NCBI GenBank assembly: GCA_965226495.1
Contig: OZ245365.1
Coordinates: forward strand, 2,624,001-2,688,000
Origin: Candidatus Marinacidobacterales bacterium
GTDB taxonomy: Bacteria > Acidobacteriota > Vicinamibacteria > Marinacidobacterales > DATDRI01
Direction: 5' to 3'
Length of the DNA stretch: 64,000 bases
Both the position numbers and the translations under genes were made by a program. Shown here piece by piece: positions 38,674-48,973 of this stretch (position 1 is the stretch's first letter; every line of letters starts with the position of its first letter). Under the pieces are notes generated by a model. That model did no database searches, had not been told where the DNA came from, and was given only the letters and a program-made list of their open reading frames with translations.

Positions 38674-40178
38674 TGAGCACCCGCTCGTTGGTTGGGTCCC
38701 CCGTCTTACTATTATCGTTATCGCTACTCTTGCTCACGCTCGGTTGTGCTTCGGCACCACCCATTCACGACCTCAAGCTAGATGGCCCCGTTCCCGATCA
38801 ATGGACCGCGGCATCCACTCCTACCGGCGACGTCGGCCAAACATGGTGGCGCGATTTCCGTCAACCGGAGCTGAACGCCGCCCTCGAAACCGCACTCCAG
38901 CGTAACTACGATTTACGAGCCGCGGCGGCGCGGGTGGAACAAGCGCAGGCGCAAGCGAAGATCGCGGGTGCGGACCTGCAGCCGCAAGCGCAGCTCGGGC
39001 TTGGCGCCGCTCGACGCAAACAGAACTTCATCGGCTTTCCGATTCCGGGAGACGGGGTGCCGAGCTCGACCTCCACTAACTTGGGCGTCTCGCTGAACGT
39101 CACGTGGGAAGTCGACCTGTGGGGTCGACTCGGAGCCCGAACCAGTGCGGCGCTTGCCGACTATCAACTGACGGCAGCCGATTTTCATGGCGCCCGGTTG
39201 TCCATCGCCGGACAGACCGCAAAAGCATGGTTCACGACCGCCGGTGCTTACCAGCAGGTCCGACTCGCCGAACAAACCGTAGACAGCTTTCGCTCCTCCA
39301 CCGAACAAGTGCGACAGCGTTTTCTGAGCGGCATCCGCCCCCCGCTCGATCTCCGACTTTCACTAGCAAATTTGGCCGGAGCGGAAGCGCTTCTCGAGTT
39401 GAGACGCGAACAGCTCGACCGAGCCGTTCGACAGCTCGAAGTGTTGTTGGGACGTTATCCTGGACGAGACATCACCACGCCGGAGCAATTTCCCACTGCG
39501 CCCGCCGACGTCCCCGCCGGACTGCCCTCCGAGCTCATCGCACGCCGGCCCGATCTCGCGGCGGCCGAAAGACGCTTAGCCGCTGCGGATCAACGTTGGT
39601 TGGCGGCTCGGAGGGATCTCTATCCACGACTGAGCCTCACGGCTAGCGGAGGTACCGCGACGCGTGCGCTGGTCGACCTCGTGGACGGAAATTTTGGAGT
39701 TTGGAGCCTGGTCGCGAATCTCGTGCAACCCATTTTTGAAGGCGGTCGGCTCCGCGCCAACGTCGATCGCGCCGAGAGCGTTTCCGACGAAGCCGTGGCA
39801 ATGTATGCAGGAACCGCCCTTCGAGCATACGCCGAAGTCGAATCTACACTGGCCGCCGAAGAAACCCTCACCGAACGAGAAAGACATCTTACCGATGCCG
39901 CACAGCAGTCTCGGGCCGCGGAACGACTCGCGGAGGATCGATACCGTCGCGGCCTCTCCGACTACGTGACTGTACTTGAGTCGCAACGCCGGGCGCTCAA
40001 CGCCGAGAGTGGGCTCATCGATGCCCGCCGCCGGCGACTCGACAATCGCGTCGATCTCTACCTCGCGCTGGGGGGTGGTTTCGATCGTTCTGAGATCTCA
40101 CTCGAGGCACTCGTCGCCAACGCCGCAGATCCCGAATCCTCTAAGCCTACTAAGCCGACTAAGGAAAACTCGCAATGA
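38670..40178 (+). CDS. RND outer membrane factor, NodT-type lipoprotein
   Basis: LGC lipobox, WEVDLWGR, RRPD, LYLALGGG. Confidence 0.92.
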   Translation: MMSTRSLVGSPVLLLSLSLLLLTLGCASAPPIHDLKLDGPVPDQWTAASTPTGDVGQTWWRDFRQPELNAALETALQRNYDLRAAAARVEQAQAQAKIAGADLQPQAQLGLGAARRKQNFIGFPIPGDGVPSSTSTNLGVSLNVTWEVDLWGRLGARTSAALADYQLTAADFHGARLSIAGQTAKAWFTTAGAYQQVRLAEQTVDSFRSSTEQVRQRFLSGIRPPLDLRLSLANLAGAEALLELRREQLDRAVRQLEVLLGRYPGRDITTPEQFPTAPADVPAGLPSELIARRPDLAAAERRLAAADQRWLAARRDLYPRLSLTASGGTATRALVDLVDGNFGVWSLVANLVQPIFEGGRLRANVDRAESVSDEAVAMYAGTALRAYAEVESTLAAEETLTERERHLTDAAQQSRAAERLAEDRYRRGLSDYVTVLESQRRALNAESGLIDARRRRLDNRVDLYLALGGGFDRSEISLEALVANAADPESSKPTKPTKENSQ

Positions 40179-41374
40179 ACCTGAGAGTCGTACTTCCTCT
40201 TGCCGTTCTGGCTGCCGCAGCCGTCGGCGCCTTCACGATGATCCAGCTCAAGCCGGAGGTCGAGACGCGCCGGCCGAACGTTAGACCTCCCATCGTACGG
40301 GTCGTGACGGTCGAGGTCACCGACTTGCCGCTGGTCGTGGAAAGTCAGGGCACCGTGAGCCCGCGTACAGAGAGCCAGTTGGTACCCGAAGTACCCGGTC
40401 GAGTCATTTGGGTCTCCCCTTCTCTCGTCTCAGGTGGTTTCTTCGAAACCGGGGAGACCGTCCTCAAAATCGACCCTCATGATTACCGGCAGTTTGTAGT
40501 AACCGCCGAGGCGAAAGTCGCTCGCGCCGAGCTCGCACTCGAGCTGGAGAAAGCGGAGGCCGTGTTGGCGGCGAAGGAATGGCAAGATCTCGGTGAGGGA
40601 GAAGCCGACCCTCTTACGCTTCGCCAGCCTCAGCTCATCGATGCCCGCGCCGCTGTTGCAGCGGCCGAGGCCAATCTCGAGAACAGACGGCGCGATCTCG
40701 ACCGCACTCAGATTCGAGCTCCATACGCCGGTCGGGTGCGGCAAGAGAACGTCGACATTGGGCAATTTGTTACCACCGGAAGCCCATTGGCCACCATCTA
40801 CGCCATCGACAAGGCCGAAATCCGGCTGCCCCTGCCCGACAGCGAATTGGCTTACCTCGAGCTTCCCCTGGTTTATCGTGGTGAGCGGGGGGACCAGCTC
40901 GGCCCCGAAGTCCTCCTTCGCGCCAACTTCGCCGGCGCCGACCACCAATGGCAAGGCCGTATCGTGCGCACCGAAGGCGAGATCGATCCCACCAGTCGCA
41001 TGGTGCATGCGGTGGCGCAAGTCACGGACCCCTACGGCCGCGTCGAAGATCGCGAGCGTCCACCCCTGGCGGTTGGCATGTTCGTGCAGGCGGAGATTCA
41101 GGGTGTCGTAGCCGAGAACGTCGCCGTTCTCCCCCGGGCCGCGCTGCGAAACGACGGCCGTGTTTTGGTCGTCGACTCTTCCAACCGGCTGCGGTTTCGG
41201 GAGGTCGATGTCTTTCGCCAAACAAACAAGGTCGTCGTGATTCGTTCCGGCCTCGAGAGCGGTGAGAAGGTACTGCTCTCCCCCCTGGGAGCCGTGACCG
41301 ACGGTATGGAGGTGCGCATCGCACCCGAGGATGGAACACTAGGAATGCCACTCAACGGAGAGAGAGCCCCATGA
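40175..41374 (+). CDS. RND periplasmic adaptor (MFP)
   Basis: Lipoyl/coiled-coil pattern, IRAPYAGRV, GMFV.AEI.G. Confidence 0.92.
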   Translation: MNLRVVLPLAVLAAAAVGAFTMIQLKPEVETRRPNVRPPIVRVVTVEVTDLPLVVESQGTVSPRTESQLVPEVPGRVIWVSPSLVSGGFFETGETVLKIDPHDYRQFVVTAEAKVARAELALELEKAEAVLAAKEWQDLGEGEADPLTLRQPQLIDARAAVAAAEANLENRRRDLDRTQIRAPYAGRVRQENVDIGQFVTTGSPLATIYAIDKAEIRLPLPDSELAYLELPLVYRGERGDQLGPEVLLRANFAGADHQWQGRIVRTEGEIDPTSRMVHAVAQVTDPYGRVEDRERPPLAVGMFVQAEIQGVVAENVAVLPRAALRNDGRVLVVDSSNRLRFREVDVFRQTNKVVVIRSGLESGEKVLLSPLGAVTDGMEVRIAPEDGTLGMPLNGERAP

Positions 41375-44300
41375 ACCGAGCCGTCGAATGGTTTGCCAAG
41401 AATGGCGTTGCCGCCAACCTGATCATGATCTTGATCGTCTTCGGCGGTTTCCTCACCGTCTTCAACCTCAAGCAGGAAGTCATGCCCGAGTTCTCCCTGG
41501 ACATGATCACCGTCTCGGTCGAGTACCTCGGAGCGGCACCGCAAGAAGTCGAAGAATCAGTGTGCACTCGGATCGAGGAGGCGATTCAGGGACTCGATGG
41601 CATCAAGCGAATCACCTCGACCGCCTCGGAAGGACGAGGCAATGTAGTCGTGGAGCTCGAGTTGGGTGCCGACACGCGCAAAGTGGTCGATGACGTCAAG
41701 TCGCGAGTCGATGCCATCATCACTTTTCCCGAACAGACCGAAAAGCCTGTGATCCAGGAAATCACCAGCCGCCGTCAGGTCATTGACATTGCCCTCTGGG
41801 GAGACGCGGACGAAACCACGCTCAAGTTCCTGGCAGAACAAACTCGCGATGAGCTCACTGCCATTCCAGGAATCAGTCAGGTCGAGCTTGCCAACGCACG
41901 CCCCTACGAAATTTCCATCGAGATCTCCGAGCGCGACCTGCGACGACACGGCCTGACATTCAACCTGGTGGCGGACGCCGTACGGCGGTCCTCGCTCGAC
42001 TTGCCCGGCGGCTCAGTGAAAACCAGCGGCGGAGAAATCCTCCTTCGTGCTAAGGGCCAGGCGTACCGACAGCGGGACTTCGAGGACCTGGTATTGCTCA
42101 CCCATCCTGACGGAACTCATTTGCGACTCGGAGAAGTAGCGCGGGTGAACGATGGGTTCGCAGAAACCGACCAATTCTCTTTCTTCGACGACAAACCCAC
42201 AATGATGATCCGAGTCTATCGCTCTGGCGAGCAGGGCGCCCTCGATATCGCCGACAAAGTCAAATCCTATGTAGCCCAAGCTCAAGACCGCATGCCGGCA
42301 GGGATCACCCTCACCACCTGGGGCGATACGTCTAAGAACCTTCTCGACCGCCTGGATCTCATGGCGAGGAACGGGAGGCTAGGCTTCGTCCTCGTCTTCT
42401 TCACGCTCGCCCTCTTCCTTCGATTTCGTCTCGCGTTCTGGGTGAGCCTGGGCATACCGGTGTCCTTCCTGGGCGCAATCTGGCTGATGCCCACGTTCGA
42501 CGTCTCCATCAACATGATTTCCGCGTTCGCCTTTATCGTCGTGTTGGGAATCGTCGTGGACGATGCGATCGTGGTGGGGGAAAGCATCTACACGCATCAA
42601 CAAGGCTCCCATGACGGCCTCGAGGGCGCCATAGAGGGAACGAAGGCGGTCATGACGCCGGTTGTTTTTGCGGTTCTGACTTCGGTCGCCGCTTTTATGC
42701 CGTTGCTCATGGTGCCCGGAACAATGGGCAAGATCATGGGCACGATCCCGTTGATCGTCATTCCCTGTCTCTTGTTCTCCCTTGTCGAATCGTTATGGAT
42801 CCTTCCCCACCACCTGTCTCGACTGAGCGTTAAGAGTCTCGTGGATCCATCCCGCGCAGGACTCTGGCGCCGATTGCAAGGGCGTTTTTCTGACAGTTTG
42901 GAGCGTTTTATCCAAACCGTGTATAGGCCCGCCCTCGACAACGCCATCAAGTGGCGTTACCTGACGCTCGCCACCGGCGTCGCGACCTTGATAGTGACGG
43001 TGGGATTGGTGGGCGGAGGCTGGATACGGTTCGTCTATTTCCCGGAAGTGGAGGCCGACTTCATTACTGCAAGCCTCACGATGCCGCAGGGGACACCAGT
43101 CCGGAGCACTGCCCTTGGCGTGGAGCGGCTCAAAGAAACGGCAGCAGCCTTACGCCAGCAGCTCGAGGAGGAATTCGGGACCGACCTCTACCGTCACTCC
43201 TACGCCGCGGTCGGCGACCAGCCCTTTCGCACCGCTCAAGACACCATGGGTCCGGGCGCCGGACGACAAGTCAACTACTCTGGCTCTCACCTTGGCGAGC
43301 TCACAATCGAGCTCGTTCCCGCCGAGGATCGCGATATCAGCAGCTCTGACCTCGCCGAGCGCTGGCGAGAGCTGACCGGCTCCATTCCAGATGCGCTCGA
43401 GATGTCTTTCAACGCGACGCTTTTCTCGCCAGGCGAGGACATCAACATCGAGCTGACCGGGCCGGACTTGGAGGAGCTCCGGACTGCCGCGGCGGAGCTC
43501 AAGCTTCACCTTGCCGAGTATGCCGGCGTTTACGAGATCGCGGACTCCTTCCGTGAGGGCAAGCGGGAGATGAAACTCCAGATCAAGCCGGCAGCCGAGG
43601 TGCTCGGCCTCAGCCTCGCCGACCTTGCTCGGCAGGTGCGCCAAGCCTTCTATGGTGAAGAAGCACAGCGAATTCAAAGAGGGCGTGACGACATCCGGGT
43701 GATGGTTCGCTATCCCAGGGAAGAGCGCCGATCCTTGGGAGACTTGGAGAACATGCGCGTTCGCACTCCGGGCGGCCAAGAGGTGCCGTTCGATCAGGTG
43801 GCCATCGTCGACCCGGGACGTGGTTATGCTTCGATCCAGCGTGTGGATCGCCGCCGGTCGGTGAACGTCACCGCCGACGTCGACACCACTCAGGTCGCCC
43901 CGGGCGACGTCATCGCCGACCTAGAAGCCACCGTTCTCCCGGATATCGTCGCCGACCATCCGAGCGTTTTCTATTCCCTGGAGGGAGCACAGGCCGAACA
44001 GCGCGAATCTTTAGCAGGTCTCCAACGAGGTTTTGCGATCGCGTTGATCTTGATTTACGCGTTGTTGGCGGTGCCATTGAAATCGTACTCGCAGCCTCTC
44101 ATCATCATGGCCGCGATTCCCTTCGGAATCGTGGGCGCGGCCTGGGGACATCTCCTCATGGGCCTGAACCTCACGATCATCTCTGTCTTCGGCATCGTTG
44201 CCCTAGCCGGCGTTGTCGTGAACGACAGCCTGGTAATGGTTGATTTCATCAACCGCCATCGGAGATCGAAGGACGATCTACCCAGTGCCATAAGACAGGC

Positions 44301-44577
44301 GGGCGTCGTACGTTTCCGCCCCATCCTCCTGACATCACTTACGACGTTTGTGGGATTACTCCCGCTCATTTTGGAGAAGAGCATGCAAGCCACGTTCCTC
44401 ATACCAATGGCGGTATCGCTCGCCTTCGGGGTCCTCTTCGCAACTTTTATTACTTTGCTTCTAGTACCGGCCGGCTACGCGATCATAGAGGACATCAAAG
44501 CTGGGCTTGCGAATCTGTCCTCGCGCGTGCGCGGACACGACGTCGCGCCCCCGGTGCGGACCAGCGTCGAAGGATAG
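41371..44577 (+). CDS. RND efflux permease, AcrB-like
   Basis: GIVVDDAIVV and RFRPILLTSLTT, 1068 aa. Confidence 0.95.
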   Translation: MNRAVEWFAKNGVAANLIMILIVFGGFLTVFNLKQEVMPEFSLDMITVSVEYLGAAPQEVEESVCTRIEEAIQGLDGIKRITSTASEGRGNVVVELELGADTRKVVDDVKSRVDAIITFPEQTEKPVIQEITSRRQVIDIALWGDADETTLKFLAEQTRDELTAIPGISQVELANARPYEISIEISERDLRRHGLTFNLVADAVRRSSLDLPGGSVKTSGGEILLRAKGQAYRQRDFEDLVLLTHPDGTHLRLGEVARVNDGFAETDQFSFFDDKPTMMIRVYRSGEQGALDIADKVKSYVAQAQDRMPAGITLTTWGDTSKNLLDRLDLMARNGRLGFVLVFFTLALFLRFRLAFWVSLGIPVSFLGAIWLMPTFDVSINMISAFAFIVVLGIVVDDAIVVGESIYTHQQGSHDGLEGAIEGTKAVMTPVVFAVLTSVAAFMPLLMVPGTMGKIMGTIPLIVIPCLLFSLVESLWILPHHLSRLSVKSLVDPSRAGLWRRLQGRFSDSLERFIQTVYRPALDNAIKWRYLTLATGVATLIVTVGLVGGGWIRFVYFPEVEADFITASLTMPQGTPVRSTALGVERLKETAAALRQQLEEEFGTDLYRHSYAAVGDQPFRTAQDTMGPGAGRQVNYSGSHLGELTIELVPAEDRDISSSDLAERWRELTGSIPDALEMSFNATLFSPGEDINIELTGPDLEELRTAAAELKLHLAEYAGVYEIADSFREGKREMKLQIKPAAEVLGLSLADLARQVRQAFYGEEAQRIQRGRDDIRVMVRYPREERRSLGDLENMRVRTPGGQEVPFDQVAIVDPGRGYASIQRVDRRRSVNVTADVDTTQVAPGDVIADLEATVLPDIVADHPSVFYSLEGAQAEQRESLAGLQRGFAIALILIYALLAVPLKSYSQPLIIMAAIPFGIVGAAWGHLLMGLNLTIISVFGIVALAGVVVNDSLVMVDFINRHRRSKDDLPSAIRQAGVVRFRPILLTSLTTFVGLLPLILEKSMQATFLIPMAVSLAFGVLFATFITLLLVPAGYAIIEDIKAGLANLSSRVRGHDVAPPVRTSVEG

Positions 44578-44604
44578 GAGCGTCGGTCGCCCGAGCTCCT
44601 ATCC
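44572..44604. terminator. Hairpin between convergent genes
   Basis: GGATAGGAGC...GCTCCTATCC stem. No clear U tract. Confidence 0.55.
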
Positions 44605-44614
44605 CTACCCCAAG

Positions 44615-46363
44615 CTACTTTAGAGTAATGATGATCGCGCTTTGATCGACGTCTGCCTTGTGATCGTGGGTGACTTTGTTGATCCAGATGACCTGCCCCT
44701 CGGTGTACTCCTTCTCGGACTCCTTACCGTCTTCCTTGTAGGTCATTGTCACCGCGTTCAAGAAGACGGCCAATTGATTGCCCGGATGGGTGTGCTCGCC
44801 AGCCCACTTTCCACCTTCAGCCTTGACGCGCTGCACCACCACTCTCTTGTTGTCCAACACCGTTATCGATGAGAAGTTAGGGTATTCCTGTTGAACCGCT
44901 AGGGCGACCGGTCAAGTCTTAATTTTCCTGTCAAATCTCCGTACGGTTCCCCGCGCTCGGTTAAGCTGCTGATTCCTCCGACGTGCCTTGCGGGAGAAGC
45001 TCGTTGCGAAGCTCCTCGACTTTCCTAGCGGCGAAGACATCCATCCTCACGCCGCGCCATTTGTTTGCGACGGCCAAGAGCACAGCGAACGAGAGTTTCA
45101 TCGCGGCCTCCTCGGTGAAGAAGTGAGGAATGACCTTTGTGCGACGTTTGTGCTCTCCGAACGTGCGCTCAAGTAGATTCGACGTGCGAAGCCTTTTGTG
45201 ATGCGCCGCAGGAAGGCGTAGCGCCTGAAGACACGCTTCGAGGGTCTCTTCCATGCACTTCATCGCGCTCGGGAATCGTTGACGGTACCGAGCGATCACC
45301 TCCCGACCCTTCTTCAGCCCTTGCTCGTAGCTGTTCGCATGGAACGACTCAAGGATGGCCGCCTTGAGTTCGTCGCGCACTTCCTTCGGAGCCTTGCCCA
45401 GGATGTTCTCGAGGCGGTGCTTCTGGCAACGTTGCTTGAGGCTTCGAGGGAAGACCTCTGCGATCGCTTTGAGCACTCCAGGATTCCCGTCCGTCACGAT
45501 GAGCAACGGCTCCCTCATTCCTCGGGCCACCATCTCCTGCAAGAACCCCTTCCAGTTCTCGTAGGATTCTCGGTTGCCGACACCGATATGAAGAAGAACT
45601 CGCGTCCCATCAGCGCGATAGCCGGTCGCAACGAGGATGGGCTCTTTCCTCTCCGCTCCTTGGTGGTAGCGCAGGTACGTGCCGTCGGCTCGAGATACAA
45701 CACTTCTCGTTCGAGAGATCCCTTCGAAACGCCTCGAAATCCTCCGACAGACACCGTGTGACCCGGCTCACCACCGACTTCGAGACACCCGCGCCGCATT
45801 CAGCACGTCCGCGAACGTCGCCTCAATGTCACGCGTCGACATCCCGTCGTATCATCCGCGCGACGCATAGAGTTTCTCGGTCCGGCTCACGTACGTCGTG
45901 AATCTTTGAGCTGAAACACCTTCCGTTTCTCGTACCTGCGGCACTTGCACCGTTACCGCTCCCTCGCCCGTGAGGACCAAAGATGCGACTCATACCCGTT
46001 GCGTCCCGTCCCTTCTCCTTCGCTCGTTGCCGGAGCGTTCTCATAGTAGTTTCGACCCGGTACGCCTCCGTCACCTCGCGCTTCAACGCATATTGCGAGC
46101 ATCATCGAGCTCCCGACCGGACGATCTCCGAGAGATTCATCTCCCCAAATACCAGTTGTTCCTCATAAACTGCTTGAGCAGGATCGCTGACCGCTCGGTA
46201 GTACCTTTCCCTTGATGTATGGTTCTCCTTTTCTGTCCCCATGACATCGGGACGGGTTTGAGCTTGGGGAACCATACATCGTTTTTCAACAGGAATCTTA
46301 AGACATCAGGGCGACCCCGCCAATCGCTATAGCGAGAAGCGTAACAATGACCACAATTCGCAT
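44615..46363 (-). pseudogene. Secreted cupin protein (113 aa) disrupted by IS256
   Basis: MRIVVIVTLLAIAIGGVAL|AVQQEYPN...EHTHPG is in frame after IS removal. Confidence 0.85.
44910..46308 (-). mobile_element. Second full-length IS256-family copy, degraded
   Basis: Near identical to 17743-19148. TSD GGGCGACC at 44902-44909 and 46309-46316. Dense indels over 45690-46308. Confidence 0.92.
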
Positions 46364-46428
46364 CTGACACCTCCCCTGTGACGATCGTTTATAGTGAAAC
46401 CGATCGGGATTTGCTAGGACCCTATCAC

Positions 46429-46980
46429 ATGAGCACGTCTTCCGAGCGCCGTCGTTGGGACACGAAGCATGACGCCAAAGAAGGGCCCGGCGACCCGACT
46501 TCCTTCCTCGTTTCTTCAATCCCGCATCTTCCCCCGGGCAGGTGTCTCGACCTGGCGACCGGTCGCGGGGGAAATGCTCTGTTCATGGCCGCGCAGGGGT
46601 ACCGCGTCGACGCGGTGGATTGGAGCGTTGCGGGGCTAAATCATGCGCAGGAGGGGGCGGTGCGACGAAACCTACCGGTCAATCTCCTCCTCGCAGACTT
46701 GACGAAGTTCCCGATCCCCGAGCGGCGATACGATGTCGTCCTGTGCTTCCGCTATCTGGACCGAAACCTATGGGGTGACATAGTGCAAGCCCTGCGTCCG
46801 GGGGGTGCGCTGCTCATCGAAACGTTCACCGAGGAGCATCTCCAGACTCACCCCGAATTCCCGCGGGAGTTTTGCCTCGCGCCCGGGGAGCTCCTGACGG
46901 CCTTTCCGGAACTGCGTATGGCGATTTACCGCGAGATACCCGACGAGGGAGCGGCATCCTTGTTGGCCTTTCGTCAATAG
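46429..46980 (+). CDS. Class I SAM methyltransferase, TehB-like
   Basis: LDLATGRGGN, AVDWS, YDVVLCFRYL, LRPGG. Confidence 0.85.
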   Translation: MSTSSERRRWDTKHDAKEGPGDPTSFLVSSIPHLPPGRCLDLATGRGGNALFMAAQGYRVDAVDWSVAGLNHAQEGAVRRNLPVNLLLADLTKFPIPERRYDVVLCFRYLDRNLWGDIVQALRPGGALLIETFTEEHLQTHPEFPREFCLAPGELLTAFPELRMAIYREIPDEGAASLLAFRQ

Positions 46981-47005
46981 AACGCCAACTAGAGCTGTCA
47001 CACGC

Positions 47006-47090
47006 GTGCACAAAATCGGATCCGACCCATGTGACAAGGCGGGGTCAAGACCCCTGTTACTTTTGGTAACTCGAGTAACCAAAAGTAACA
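47006..47090. repeat. REP-like repeat copy 2 plus 36-bp palindrome
   Basis: GGGGTCAAGACCCC followed by TGTTACTTTTGGTAACTCGAGTAACCAAAAGTAACA. Confidence 0.65.
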
Positions 47091-47310
47091 CTTGAGAAGA
47101 CCTACGAGGGTAAAGGCGATGAGGGGAATCCCGATGTAATGGCAGAGCTTGTTGCCCAAGGCAAGGAAGTGCAAATAACCACACTGTTATCTTGAATTTA
47201 CGACAGCGTCCCATATCCTGGCCTGAGCTCTGGCACGAACCGTCATTGCCTAACCGACTGTGCTATCATACGTTTCGATCGGAGGGAGGATCCCGAGGAG
47301 GTCAGTTTCA

Positions 47311-47772
47311 ATGGCAAAAGATTCCGCGGCGGAAAAGAAGGAAACGAACGCAGAAGAGTCGCCTTCCACCGCTTCTACACCTGCTACTAACGAGAATGGC
47401 GTACACATTCCGGGCATCGACTATGACCCACAGAAAAAAGATGGGCCCGCTTCTTACTCCATGATTCAGCCCCGGATGCGGGGTATCTACGCTCAGTTTT
47501 ACAAGGAAACGTATTTCAGCGAGAACAAGGCTCTCGATTCCAAGACCCAGGAGCTCATCGCTCTGGCAGCGTCCTTGGTCGCCCGTTGCGACGGCTGCAT
47601 CGAAGGCCACGTCCAAAAGGCGCTGAAGTACGGAGCCACCAAAGAAGAGATCAGCGAGACCATCGTTATCGCGATCGGGATCAACGCCGCCGCCATCGTG
47701 GATCTGACAGACAATGCCGCACAGAAGCTCGGCATCAATCACTTCCCTGCCAAGCCGAGCCGCCAGAGCTGA
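47311..47772 (+). CDS. AhpD/carboxymuconolactone decarboxylase family protein
   Basis: LD.KT.ELIALA.S...RCDGC...H...A...GAT.EEI.E. Confidence 0.88.
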   Translation: MAKDSAAEKKETNAEESPSTASTPATNENGVHIPGIDYDPQKKDGPASYSMIQPRMRGIYAQFYKETYFSENKALDSKTQELIALAASLVARCDGCIEGHVQKALKYGATKEEISETIVIAIGINAAAIVDLTDNAAQKLGINHFPAKPSRQS

Positions 47773-47800
47773 ATTCTCGAACAACACGCGCCTCGTTGGC

Positions 47801-48967
47801 ATGAAGTCAACACCGGCTAGGGTGGTTCTCCCGGCGCTCATTGTTCTTTTGACTCACTGCGGCGGGGACGGCTCACCGACGAGTCCAACCGATCCCGAGC
47901 CTAGCCTCCCCGGCGACGGCCGGTTCGTCGCCGAGCGAGTCGTGTCCCTTCCGAATTTTCCTGTCGCTATGGCATTCACGTCCGCGAACCGTATTCTGGT
48001 AACCGAGAAGGGCGGCTTCGGCGGAGTGCGCAGCACATCGGTCAGGGTCATCGAAGATGGACGCTTGCGGGACCAGCGGCTCATCACGTTCAACGGCGTG
48101 CAGACCGGTGGCGAGCGGGGGCTTCTGGGCATCGCCCTCGACCCCAACTACCCAACCAATAGTCTGGTGTACGTCTTCTACACGAGCGGCAATCGTGTCA
48201 ACATCGTGAAGCGCTTCACGGATGGCGCGTTTCGGCAGAACGGTGACGAAGATGCGGAAACCGTGATCAACGACCTGCCCTCCGACGTCTGTGGCAATCA
48301 TCAGGGAGGAAGCATTGCCTTCGGCCCGGACGGCATGCTCTACATCAGCGTCGGAGACAATGGATGCGATCGGTGTACCAGCCAGCAGGCCAATACTCTA
48401 GCGGGAAAGATTCTGCGCTACACCCGAGACGGTCGGATCCCAGATGACAATCCCTTCGCGGACATGCCGTTTCCCAGCTCCGCATTTTTCGCCACCGGAC
48501 TCCGAAATAGTTTCGACTTCACCTTCCATCCGGCCACCGGCGATATCTTCGCAACGGAGAACGGGCCATCGCAAAACGACGAGATCAATCGAATTCTACC
48601 GGGCGTGAACTATGGATGGCCATTCTTCCAGTGCGGAGAATCGGTAAGCGTGGGTTGCTCGGTGGCCCGTCCTTCGAACCGTGGACCCGTTCAATGCTAC
48701 CCGTCGGTCATCGCACCAACTGGCATAGCGGTCTATCAAGGGAATGCTTATCCCGAGCCCTATCAGGGAAACGTTTTCTTCGGCGACTTCAATAACGGTG
48801 TGCTCCATCGTCTCGTTCTCTCGGAAGACGGAACGACGGTTGTTTCGGCCGACGACCGATTCCTGAGCGGCTTTGGGAGCATCATCGATCTAGCAGTCTC
48901 ACCCGATGGGATACTCTACGTCCTGACCGACCAGGATATCCAGCGGGTGATGTTCGCCGCGAACTAG
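47801..48967 (+). CDS. PQQ-dependent sugar dehydrogenase (GSDH) lipoprotein
   Basis: GERGLLGIALDP, HQGGSIAFGPDG.LY, GKILR, GLRN. Confidence 0.88.
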   Translation: MKSTPARVVLPALIVLLTHCGGDGSPTSPTDPEPSLPGDGRFVAERVVSLPNFPVAMAFTSANRILVTEKGGFGGVRSTSVRVIEDGRLRDQRLITFNGVQTGGERGLLGIALDPNYPTNSLVYVFYTSGNRVNIVKRFTDGAFRQNGDEDAETVINDLPSDVCGNHQGGSIAFGPDGMLYISVGDNGCDRCTSQQANTLAGKILRYTRDGRIPDDNPFADMPFPSSAFFATGLRNSFDFTFHPATGDIFATENGPSQNDEINRILPGVNYGWPFFQCGESVSVGCSVARPSNRGPVQCYPSVIAPTGIAVYQGNAYPEPYQGNVFFGDFNNGVLHRLVLSEDGTTVVSADDRFLSGFGSIIDLAVSPDGILYVLTDQDIQRVMFAAN

Positions 48968-48973
48968 TGCCGC

